Source: Deltaproteobacteria bacterium (GTDB taxonomy: Bacteria; Desulfobacterota; Dissulfuribacteria; Dissulfuribacterales; QOAL01). From it: a stretch of 64,000 nt of DNA. Location: NCBI GenBank assembly GCA_024275145.1, contig JAJRZR010000093.1, positions 7,228 to 71,227 of the forward strand. The letters are read 5' to 3'. The stretch's first letter is position 1. Each line of letters opens with the position of its first letter. The position numbers were made by a program, and so were the translations under genes. Positions 32,329 to 42,964 of this stretch are shown here, one piece after another. The notes below the pieces were generated by a model, which did no database searches, was not told where the DNA came from, and worked only from the letters and a program-made list of their open reading frames with translations.

Positions 32329-32772
32329 TTATCCGATTTCTTTGACCAGGTGCCTTGCCGGGCCCACTGTCTTGATGCGGGTGGTTACCTCCCTGACCAG
32401 TTCAGCAAATTGTTCACCTTCCGAGGCGGATATCCAGGAAAAATTGATCCTTTCAGGTTCTATGCCTATGAATTCCAACAGGTTCTTGAGCAGGGCAAAC
32501 CGGCGCCTGGCATATAGGTTGCCACTTATGTAGTGGCAGTCACCAGGATGGCACCCAGAGACCAGTATCCCATCTGCCCCTGCCTTAAGCGCATCAAGGA
32601 TCATGTTGGCGCTTACTCTCCCCGAGCACGGAACCCTTATGATGCGGATATTCGGGGGATATTGAAAACGGCTTACTCCAGCCAGATCCGCCCCGGCATA
32701 GCTGCACCAGTTACAGAGGAAGGCGATTATCTTGGGCTCCCATTTTTGATCTTTATCAGATGCCGAATCCAT
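32329..32772 (-). CDS. flxD: MvhD-like (FlxD) [2Fe-2S] electron-transfer subunit
   Basis: 147 aa. IIAFLCNWCSYAGADLAG...IRVPCSGRV...VSGCHPGDCHY is the methyl-viologen-reducing hydrogenase delta-subunit signature. SD AAGGGGG lies 6 nt upstream. Confidence 0.87.
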   Translation of the reverse strand: MDSASDKDQKWEPKIIAFLCNWCSYAGADLAGVSRFQYPPNIRIIRVPCSGRVSANMILDALKAGADGILVSGCHPGDCHYISGNLYARRRFALLKNLLEFIGIEPERINFSWISASEGEQFAELVREVTTRIKTVGPARHLVKEIG

Positions 32773-32787
32773 GTATGGCCCCCTTGG

Positions 32788-35700
32788 CTAGCAGATTTCC
32801 ATGGCTGCCTCGATAGCCGCCATTATCTGTTCGTTCCCGATATTTTTCAGTGTCACCGCATCAGAGCGGCATCCGGCTACACATGCACCGCATCCCTTGC
32901 ACATGGCGGTGTCTACCGTGGCGAGCCTGGAGTCCTCATCAAGGTGTATGGCATTATAGGCGCAGACCATGGTACATACACCGCAGCCTACACATTTTCC
33001 ATGGTCTACCACAGCGGTGATGCTCTCGGCGGGTATGGCGTCCTGCGCCAGTATTGTGGATGCCCTGGCGGCAGCGGCCTTGGCCTGGGCGATGGTTTCG
33101 TCCATTGGCTTCGGATAGTGACAAAGACCTGCCATGAATATCCCGTCTGTGGCAAAATCCACAGGCCTTAGCTTCATGTGGGCCTCGAGGAAGAAGCGAT
33201 CTGATGTCATGGAGCATTTAAAGGCCCTAGATACAACGTCTGCATCAACCTTAGGCCTTACTGCTGTTGCAAGGACGAGCATGTCAGGATGCAGCCTGAC
33301 CGGCCGATCCAGGATGGGGTCTTTTGCCTCTACCTGGATCTTGCCCTGTTCATCCCAGACCTTGGGGATGTTGTCAAGGTCATATCTTATGAAGACTATG
33401 CCCTTTTCCCTTGCCCTTTGGTACAACCGCTCCTTTTCCCCATAGGTTCTTATGTCCCTGTAGAGCATGAATATTTCCATGTCAGGGTTCAGCTCCTTGA
33501 GGTGTAGCGCCTGGTCGATGGCATGGGTACAGCAGACCCTTGAGCAATAGGGTTTCTCAGATACCCTGGAACCCGCGCATAGTATGAATACGGTCTGTCC
33601 CTTTTCTTTGAGTGCCGGGTCTTCCTTGATGAATCTCTTGTCCAGTTCCAGGAGTACGTGTACCTCTGGATGCTTGCCGTAGAGGTAGTTCCATCTGCCT
33701 TCCCTTGGTTTGTGGGAGCCTGCCCCTATGGCAATGATTGCTGCGCCATGGGAGACCTTGCTACCGTCCGATAGCAGGGTCTTGAATTGTCCCACGGAAC
33801 CCTCGACACGCTCTACGCTGGTCCCTAGGCGTAGGTCAATATGGGAGTGGCCTTCCACTTGACGGCATAGTCCCTTGAGATATTCCTGTACCAGGTCGCC
33901 CTGCCATGTACGGTAGAATTTACGCGCGTGGCCACCAAGCCGATCCTTCCTTTCTACTAGGACTACCGGAATCCCCTGATCTGCAATGGAAAGTGCCGCT
34001 GTCATGCCGGCAACGCCTGCCCCAAGCACCAGTGCCCTTTTTACTACTGACACGGTGTTGTAGGCCAGTGCCTCGTCCTGTCGCACCTTTGCCACCGCCA
34101 TCCTGACGAGGTCCTTAGCCTTTTGTGTTGCCTCGTCTGGGAATTTTTGATGTACCCAGGAATCCTGGTCCCTGATATTTGCCATCTCGAACAAGAACTT
34201 GTTGAGGCCGGCATCCCTCAGGGTCTCCTGGAACAGAGGCTCGTGCGTTCTTGGGGTACACGAGGCTACTACCACCCGGTTGAGCCCTTCCCTTTTTATG
34301 ATCTCTGCCATCTGGTTAATGGTGTCTTGGGAACAGGTAAACAGGTTGTTCTGGGCGAATACCACGCCGGGGAGCGTTCGTGCATAATCGGTGACCGCTG
34401 CTACGTCGACCACACTTGCAATATTTATCCCGCATGAGCATACAAATACCCCTATCCTTGGTGGTTCGGCCCACACGTTTCTTTCATCAGGGTATTCCTT
34501 TTTCCTAGTCTCGCTCCATCTTGACGGTGCAAGGACCCTGCTGGCTTCCAGTGCAGAGGCACTCGCCTCCATGACGGACTGGGGGATATCCTTTGGCTCG
34601 GATACTGCTCCACAGACGCAGACCCCCGGCCTGTTGGTTGATACCGGCCTGAAGGCACTGGTTGCCACGAAATTATTGGGGTCAAGTTCTACACCAAGAC
34701 GCCGTGCAAGTTCAGCGGCCTGCCTGTCCATCTCAAGGCCCACTGAGAGCACGACCAGATCGAATTCTTCCTGGTTGATGAGTCCGTCATCACCTACGTA
34801 TCTGAGTATCAGGTTGTCATCGTGGCCTGCTGGCAGGACACTGTGTATCCGGCAGCGATGGAAGTTTACGCCCTCGGCCCTGGCCCTGTCGTAGTAGGCC
34901 TCGAATTCTTTGCCGTGTGTCCTCATGTCCATGAAGAAGATGCTGGTGGCCAGGTCTGGCCCTTGGGCGTGCTCCCTGGCAATTACGGCCTGTTTTATCG
35001 CATACATGCAGCATACCGAGGAACAGTAACCATGGCAGGCACGGTTGATGTCCCTTGAGCCAACACATTGTAGCCAGGCTATTCGCCTAGGTTCCTTGTG
35101 ATCAGAGGGACGCTCCATATGTCCAAGGCATGGTCCCGAAGGACTAAGCAGACGTTCGAACTCCATGGCTGTGACGACGTTGGGAAGCCTGCCATAGCCG
35201 GTGAAATCCAGGATGGAAGGGTCGAATGGTGAAAAGCCCAATGCCAGTATTACAGAACCCACCTCGATTTGTATCTCCCGGGGTTGGTCATCGAAATTTA
35301 TGGCTCCGGAGGGGCAGACCTTCTGGCACATGCCACACCTTCCTGGCTTCTTGAGCCAGATGCATTGATCAGGATCTATGGCATATTTCAGGGGTACGGC
35401 CTGGGGATATTTGAGATAAATGGCCTTTCTCTTCCCAAGCCCCAGATCGAATTCGTTCGGGACTTTCTTGGGGCACTTTTCTGCACAGGTGCCGCAGGCG
35501 ATACATTTTGCAGGATCAACGTATCTGGGATTCTGCCGTACGGTGGCGGTAAACGCACCTTCTTCACCTTCAAGGGCCAGGACCTCTGAAAGGGTCATGA
35601 GGTTGATATTGAGGTGCCGACCGCATTCCACCAATTTGGGGGAGAGTATGCAGGCGGAGCAGTCATTTGTTGGGAATGTCTTGTCTAACTGGGACATCCG

Positions 35701-35838
35701 GCCGCCTATGGCCGAACTTTTTTCGATCAGGTGGACATAAAATCCACTGTCTGCCATATCAAGGGCGGCTTGAACACCTGCAATACCGCCTCCCACCACC
35801 ATTACGGAGCCCTTGGGCCTATCGGAAGGATTGCTCAT
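32788..35838 (-). CDS. hdrA: Large (about 1016-aa) HdrA-like flavoprotein with two FAD-binding modules and multiple Fe-S clusters
   Basis: Two dinucleotide-binding motifs (VMVVGGGIAGVQAALDMADSG and ALVLGAGVAGMTAALSIADQG). Two C-x-G-S-R regions (LQCVGSRD, ILCAGSRV). Ferredoxin motifs CIACGTCAEKCP, CGMCQKVCP, CVGCGVCTMVCA and CKGCGACVAGC. ATG 35838 overlaps the upstream TGA as ATGA. Confidence 0.9.
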   Translation of the reverse strand: MSNPSDRPKGSVMVVGGGIAGVQAALDMADSGFYVHLIEKSSAIGGRMSQLDKTFPTNDCSACILSPKLVECGRHLNINLMTLSEVLALEGEEGAFTATVRQNPRYVDPAKCIACGTCAEKCPKKVPNEFDLGLGKRKAIYLKYPQAVPLKYAIDPDQCIWLKKPGRCGMCQKVCPSGAINFDDQPREIQIEVGSVILALGFSPFDPSILDFTGYGRLPNVVTAMEFERLLSPSGPCLGHMERPSDHKEPRRIAWLQCVGSRDINRACHGYCSSVCCMYAIKQAVIAREHAQGPDLATSIFFMDMRTHGKEFEAYYDRARAEGVNFHRCRIHSVLPAGHDDNLILRYVGDDGLINQEEFDLVVLSVGLEMDRQAAELARRLGVELDPNNFVATSAFRPVSTNRPGVCVCGAVSEPKDIPQSVMEASASALEASRVLAPSRWSETRKKEYPDERNVWAEPPRIGVFVCSCGINIASVVDVAAVTDYARTLPGVVFAQNNLFTCSQDTINQMAEIIKREGLNRVVVASCTPRTHEPLFQETLRDAGLNKFLFEMANIRDQDSWVHQKFPDEATQKAKDLVRMAVAKVRQDEALAYNTVSVVKRALVLGAGVAGMTAALSIADQGIPVVLVERKDRLGGHARKFYRTWQGDLVQEYLKGLCRQVEGHSHIDLRLGTSVERVEGSVGQFKTLLSDGSKVSHGAAIIAIGAGSHKPREGRWNYLYGKHPEVHVLLELDKRFIKEDPALKEKGQTVFILCAGSRVSEKPYCSRVCCTHAIDQALHLKELNPDMEIFMLYRDIRTYGEKERLYQRAREKGIVFIRYDLDNIPKVWDEQGKIQVEAKDPILDRPVRLHPDMLVLATAVRPKVDADVVSRAFKCSMTSDRFFLEAHMKLRPVDFATDGIFMAGLCHYPKPMDETIAQAKAAAARASTILAQDAIPAESITAVVDHGKCVGCGVCTMVCAYNAIHLDEDSRLATVDTAMCKGCGACVAGCRSDAVTLKNIGNEQIMAAIEAAMEIC

Positions 35839-37067
35839 GGCTTTACCATTGCCTTTTCTATCCAGTTCCACAGGTGGGTAGTCTTCCACTTGCCACCATA
35901 GTGGTCACATATATCGAGTACCTGGGTATGGCAGTTGTGGCAGGGGGTTATCACTACGTCAGCGCCAGTGGAGGCCAATTGGTCGAATTTTATCTTGCCG
36001 AATTTCCTCCTGTTTTTTACGAAGCCGGCCTGAAGTGCCCCGCCTCCTCCACCGCAGCAATAGTTATTCGATTTGTTGGGCCAGACATCGATGAAGTTTT
36101 CTGCACCTACAACCTTCTTTATTACGAATCTCAGATCCTCGGCTACCTGGTCCCCTAGCCCCTGGCGTACCAGTTTGCATGGATCCTGTACGGTAAATTT
36201 CACTCCCTCGGTATTCCAGGATGGATCGACCACCAGTTTCCCCTCACGTATCCACTGGGCATAGAGAGTGATGATGCTTATGAATTCGAAGTTGTGGGGT
36301 ATCTTGAACCTTCGCAACCCCTCCAGGGTCGCGTAGAACATGTGGCCTCACTCGGTATTTATGTAGTATTTACAACCCAGTGCATCCACGGTCTCTGCCT
36401 GCATCCGTACCGTATATTCCCAGTCGTCCGGGTCCCCGGTAAACAGGCAGTAATTGGCTCCGTCCCACCACTTGGACGAGTAAGTCCAGTCTATGCCGAC
36501 CCTGTGCAGGATCTTCCATAGGGGAACCATCTCTTCTGGTTCCACAGTGGGCTCCTTGGCGTTTTGGTTCAGGTAGAACATTGCCCCCTTCTTATCGATT
36601 GGCGCTTCGAGATCCGACCATTCTGGTTCGTTCTTCCTGACCTCGGCAAGGACATCGCCAACCACCCATACGAAATCCTCGTTTGGGATCCCCGTGCTGT
36701 TCGATTTTTTCTGAAGATCACATGATCGTTGCAGGTTGGGGGGCCTTTGTTCCTTGGGGCGCATTCCCCTTATCTCATAGACTATTCTTCCAACGTCTAT
36801 GCCCATTGGACAGGCGTGCTTGCATCTTTGGCACATGGTGCAGGAATAGATCCAGTTGGTGCTCAATACTTCTTCATCCTGCCCAAGGACGAGGAGCCTC
36901 AGGAATTTTCTGGGATCAAGGCCTTCCAGGCCGGTGGCAGGGCATCCGCTGGCACAAAGTCCGCAGGTGAGGCAGTAATCGATGTGGGCATCGGGAAAGG
37001 CGGCCTGAATCTGTTCCTTTACCCTGGTTTTAAGGGACGATAGATCTATTGGCTCATAGGGTGCCAT
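35835..37067 (-). CDS. HdrD-like (fused HdrC+HdrB type) Fe-S/CCG-domain protein, read through one in-frame UGA (probable selenocysteine)
   Basis: The track ORFs 36348..37079 and 35835..36341 are in the same frame and separated only by TGA (36350-36348): ...YYINTE-[UGA]-GHMFYATLEG.... The N-terminal part has CLTCGLCASGCP and CTMCQRCKHACP. The C-terminal part has NYCCGGGGG and PCHNCH. ATG 37067 is preceded by GAGG. Confidence 0.7.
36313..36333 (-). promoter_or_regulatory. SECIS-like hairpin 14 nt downstream of the UGA
   Basis: On the minus strand, CGCGACCC (36333-36326), loop UGGAG (36325-36321), GGGUUGCG (36320-36313). This gives 8 bp including one G-U. Three more pairs are possible beyond a 1x1 mismatch. 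The apical loop starts 25 nt after the U of UGA. Confidence 0.5.
36348..36350 (-). other. In-frame UGA, candidate selenocysteine codon
   Basis: Minus-strand reading: TAC TAC ATA AAT ACC GAG TGA GGC CAC ATG TTC TAC. Coding-like sequence in the same frame lies on both sides. Confidence 0.6.
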
Positions 37068-37246
37068 GGCGTACCTCAACGAGAGTAGGACAGGGTTAAG
37101 ATCAAATTACCATAATTTCTCTACTGCTTTTGCCATAGTGTGTCAAGTATAGAAGGGGGCATTCCCCATCTACTGACCTCGGGTAACAGGTTGGTATATA
37201 GGGTACGTCCTTGACCTGCTACCAGCTGCTCCGTATAGTCTCGCAT

Positions 37247-39421
37247 ATGAGCAGAAGAAAGAGCAAGAAAATCAAGGGAAAAAGGCCTGGAAGTGCTGCA
37301 GTCACCCGGGAAAGGGTTCTCGCTGTCATGGCTCAGGCAGGGCATCCCCTCTTTTTGAGGGAAATTATCCATTATTGTCACGTCAGGCCTGAGCAAAAAA
37401 ACGAGGTTAGAAAGGTGGTATCGGACCTGGTCCGGCAAGGAAAGATCATCCTGCTGAAAGGTAACAGATACGGCCTTGCCGAACAGATGAGGTTGGTTAC
37501 CGGCAGGTTGATTGTGCATCCTGATGGATTCGGCTTTGTACGTCCAGATGAGCCTGGCGTAGAAGACGTGTTCATCCCGCCAAAGAGGCTCAAGGGCGCA
37601 ATTCACGGCGACAAGGTGGTCGCGCGGGTTGAAAGGATAAGGGCCAAGGGGCCGGAAGGCTCCATTGTAAGGATACTCGAAAGAGGATTGGACAGGGTCA
37701 TAGGGGTCTTCAGGTCGGGACGGAAGGTGGCAACTGTGATCCCGGAGGACGAAAGACTGCACTTTGAGGTGATAATACCACTGGATGCAGCGATGGATGC
37801 CCAGGATGACCAGGTCGTAATGGCTGAGATCGAGGATTTTTCAGACAGGGTCAAGAATCCTATAGGCCGCGTTGTCGAGGTGCTAGGAGACCCGGATGAC
37901 CTTGGTGTTCAGACAAAGATCGTTATGCACAAGTTCGATCTTCCCATGGATTTTGCCCATGAGACCCTGGCCCACGCAAAGGCCCTACCTGATTCCGTTC
38001 GCCCCGAGGACTTCAGGGGGCGCAAGGACATAAGGGATCTCCCCCTTGTAACCATAGACGGCGAACATGCACGGGATTTCGACGATGCGGTGCACGTCAG
38101 CGAGACCAGGTCGGGTTTTGTCCTTACGGTTGCCATTGCAGACGTAAGCCATTACGTACAGCCTGGTGATCCCATAGACCATGAGGCAGTAGGCCGTGGC
38201 ACCAGTGTCTATTTTCCAAGTATGGTCATCCCAATGCTACCAGAGGCGCTTTCCAACAACCTATGCAGCCTCGTCCCAGGGGAGGACCGTCTTGCAATGG
38301 TAGCCAGGATCAGGTTCGACCATAGGGGCAGGGCCAGGAAGGCGAACTTTTTCAAGGCGGTCATGAGGAGCCACAGGAGGTTTACCTATGTTGAGGCCCG
38401 TCGTATTCTTAGGCAGAAGGATGTCGGTCTTTCGCCAAAGGATAGGAAATTCATCCAGTTGCTGGGATCCATGGAGAAACTGGCAATGGCACTTATGGAG
38501 CAGAGGAGGCGGCGGGGGAGCATAGATTTCGACCTGCCTGAACCAGAGGTCATCCTGGGACTCCGGGGCAATCTGGAAGATATCGTCCTGAGGGAACGTA
38601 ACATCGCCCACAGGATCATTGAGGAGTTCATGATCGCGGCGAACGAGGCCGTTGCCAATTTTTTGGTGGAACGTCTGGTTCCTACCCTTTACAGGGTGCA
38701 TGACAAGCCGGCTTCAGACAAGATTTCAGAATTCGTAAATTTTGCCAGGACCCTGGGCCTGGACATCGATGTGCCAGATGAGGTGACCCCAAGGTGGTGC
38801 CAGAAGGTGCTGGATATGGTGTCAGGAAGGCCCCAGGAATATATCATAAATACAGTGCTCCTGAGGACCATGCAACAGGCAGTCTATTCCCCTCACAATA
38901 TTGGTCACTTCGGACTCGCCTCATCCAACTATCTCCATTTCACGTCCCCTATACGGCGTTATCCGGACCTTATAGTCCACCGGATTTTGAAGGGTAATCT
39001 TAAAAGGGCCAGGAAGAGACCGGTATATACCATTGAGGCCCTTGAAGACCTTGGTACTGCACTTTCGGCCAGGGAAAGGGTGGCCATGGAGGCCGAAAGG
39101 GAAATGCTGGATCGGCTCAAGGTGAGGTACATGGGTGATAAGATAGGGGAGGTCTACGAAGGGGTCATTTCGGGTGTCACTTCCTTTGGCTTTTTCGTGG
39201 AGCTAAGGCAGATACTGGTGCACGGGATCGTTCGTCTGGTGGATCTTGCAGACGACTATTACATACTGGATCAGGCAAGGCACCGTTTGATAGGGCAGCG
39301 TACGAAGAAGGTCTTTCAGCTTGGCCAGCCGGTCACGGTAAGGGTGAAATCGGTAAATATAGCCAGGAGACATGTAAACTTTGAACTGGTCGATCAGGGC
39401 AGGGAGACTTCAAAAATCTAG
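37247..39421 (+). CDS. rnr: Ribonuclease R (3'-5' exoribonuclease, RNB family)
   Basis: About 724 aa from ATG 37247. Basic N-terminus, cold-shock/OB region, RNB catalytic core (DFDDAV...; HFGLAS..YLHFTSPIRRYPDL) and a C-terminal S1 domain. Confidence 0.95.
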   Translation: MSRRKSKKIKGKRPGSAAVTRERVLAVMAQAGHPLFLREIIHYCHVRPEQKNEVRKVVSDLVRQGKIILLKGNRYGLAEQMRLVTGRLIVHPDGFGFVRPDEPGVEDVFIPPKRLKGAIHGDKVVARVERIRAKGPEGSIVRILERGLDRVIGVFRSGRKVATVIPEDERLHFEVIIPLDAAMDAQDDQVVMAEIEDFSDRVKNPIGRVVEVLGDPDDLGVQTKIVMHKFDLPMDFAHETLAHAKALPDSVRPEDFRGRKDIRDLPLVTIDGEHARDFDDAVHVSETRSGFVLTVAIADVSHYVQPGDPIDHEAVGRGTSVYFPSMVIPMLPEALSNNLCSLVPGEDRLAMVARIRFDHRGRARKANFFKAVMRSHRRFTYVEARRILRQKDVGLSPKDRKFIQLLGSMEKLAMALMEQRRRRGSIDFDLPEPEVILGLRGNLEDIVLRERNIAHRIIEEFMIAANEAVANFLVERLVPTLYRVHDKPASDKISEFVNFARTLGLDIDVPDEVTPRWCQKVLDMVSGRPQEYIINTVLLRTMQQAVYSPHNIGHFGLASSNYLHFTSPIRRYPDLIVHRILKGNLKRARKRPVYTIEALEDLGTALSARERVAMEAEREMLDRLKVRYMGDKIGEVYEGVISGVTSFGFFVELRQILVHGIVRLVDLADDYYILDQARHRLIGQRTKKVFQLGQPVTVRVKSVNIARRHVNFELVDQGRETSKI

Positions 39422-39463
39422 GGATGCCAGGGCCTGTATTTATTGGTGGGCAGTAGATATTAA

Positions 39464-41494
<2,031 letters not shown>

Positions 41495-41495
41495 A

Positions 41496-41768
41496 ATGAG
41501 GCGCATACATGTCTTTGTTAAAGGAAAGGTACAAGGTGTCTTCTACAGGGCGTCTACCCAGGACAAGGCAAAGGCCCTGGGGCTTAAGGGTTGGGTAAGG
41601 AATCTGCCAGATGGCAGGGTAGAATATGTAGCAGAGGGGCCGGATGAGGCCGTAGAAGGGCTTTTGAAATGGAGTGAGGAGGGCCCTGCGTATGCCAGGG
41701 TCACCGGGCTTGAGGTCATGGAAGAGGAGCCTGTTGGTGAGTTCAGTGATTTTTCAATCAGATACTAA
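41496..41768 (+). CDS. acyP: Acylphosphatase
   Basis: 90 aa. VKGKVQGVFYRASTQDKA...GWVRNLPDGRVE is the acylphosphatase signature. It starts 1 nt after the ligA stop. Confidence 0.9.
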   Translation: MRRIHVFVKGKVQGVFYRASTQDKAKALGLKGWVRNLPDGRVEYVAEGPDEAVEGLLKWSEEGPAYARVTGLEVMEEEPVGEFSDFSIRY

Positions 41769-41769
41769 G

Positions 41770-42186
41770 ATGCGAGCATTCTTGTTGCAATCGGGCCGTC
41801 TTTTTCTATCGATTTTGATATTATCCATGACAGCCATCCTTTTTTCTAGTTGTGCCTCGTTCAATATCGATCTTCAGGGATTGGGACCTCCTGTATGCCT
41901 GAACGACCCTGTTCCATTGGAGGTTCTTGAAATCAAACACTTCAATTACAGCGTGAGGGCCCATTATGGGCTTTTTGGCCTGGTTACATGGAAAGAACCG
42001 GACATCAGGGGTTATTTGGAGGACGAACTTGAAAAATATCAAGGAGAAGGAATAATAAATTTGAAGATCAAGGCTAGATTTAGTCCCTTTGATATGTTAC
42101 TCGGTCTACCTCTTTCACCGCTGTGGCTTCCAAGAACATACCAGGTGGAAGGAGATATAGTAAGGATCGGTGTTACGATGCAATAA
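41770..42186 (+). CDS. Small lipoprotein (Bor-like size and topology), function unknown
   Basis: From ATG 41770: MRAFLLQSGRLFLSILILSMTAILFSSC, a signal peptide with lipobox F-S-S-C. 138 aa. It starts 1 nt after the acyP stop. Confidence 0.6.
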   Translation: MRAFLLQSGRLFLSILILSMTAILFSSCASFNIDLQGLGPPVCLNDPVPLEVLEIKHFNYSVRAHYGLFGLVTWKEPDIRGYLEDELEKYQGEGIINLKIKARFSPFDMLLGLPLSPLWLPRTYQVEGDIVRIGVTMQ

Positions 42187-42375
42187 GGGCTTTAGCGGCC
42201 TTAGCAGGGTCAAACAGGCATTGATTCATGTCTGGATCTTCAAGAACGGAGAGGTTCTTCAACAGGCCTTCGGGTTGAATTTTTAATCGTTATGGTCTAT
42301 GGATATGCCTTTTTAAGGCCATGTGTCTATACCCGATGGACAGGCACTAGAATTTAATAAAGGAGATATGATAAC

Positions 42376-42939
42376 GTGTACGATTCGTCAGACCTGAGGA
42401 AGGGCCTAAAGATCATAATAGACGGCGCTCCTTATATCATAACAGACTTTCAATTTTCAAAGCCTGGAAAGGGGCAGGCGCTTTACAGGTGTAAACTCAA
42501 GAACATGGTCACCGGTTATACCATGGACAGGACCTACAGGTCCGGTGAAAAGTTCGAGCCGGCGAACCTGGATCAGGCCCACATGCAATACCTCTATAAT
42601 GATGCCGAGGGATACCACTTTATGGATACCAGGACCTATGAGCAGGTCACCCTTACCAATGAACAGGTGGGGGAGGCGAAAAATTTTCTGAAGGACAATA
42701 TGGAGGTAGACGTATTGTTCTTTCAAGGCACCCCGATAGATATCTCACTCCCAATTTTTGTGGAACTCAAAGTAGTAAAGGCCGATCCAGGCGTAAAAGG
42801 GGATACGGCCACCGGTGCTACTAAACCAGCAGTCCTGGAGACTGGCCACAAGATCCAGGTACCCCTTTTCATAGAAGAAGGTGAAACCCTGAAAATCGAT
42901 ACGAGAACAGGGGAATACGTGGAAAGGGTCAAAAAATAG
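42376..42939 (+). CDS. efp: Elongation factor P
   Basis: 187 aa, GTG start after AAGGAG. The loop SKPGKGQA carries the modifiable Lys. EF-P-like throughout. Confidence 0.97.
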   Translation: MYDSSDLRKGLKIIIDGAPYIITDFQFSKPGKGQALYRCKLKNMVTGYTMDRTYRSGEKFEPANLDQAHMQYLYNDAEGYHFMDTRTYEQVTLTNEQVGEAKNFLKDNMEVDVLFFQGTPIDISLPIFVELKVVKADPGVKGDTATGATKPAVLETGHKIQVPLFIEEGETLKIDTRTGEYVERVKK

Positions 42940-42964
42940 GTAAGGGCTTGCGTGCGGATATCCT

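Noticed and set aside
32773-32790. The hdrA TAG stop and the downstream mvhD-like ATG are in the same frame: possible read-through or pyrrolysine?
   Set aside because: The 15-nt spacer is a plain SD region (AAGGGGG, then 6 nt, then ATG). HdrA ends at its normal C-terminal ferredoxin domain. Sharing a frame has a 1-in-3 chance. Nothing suggests recoding.
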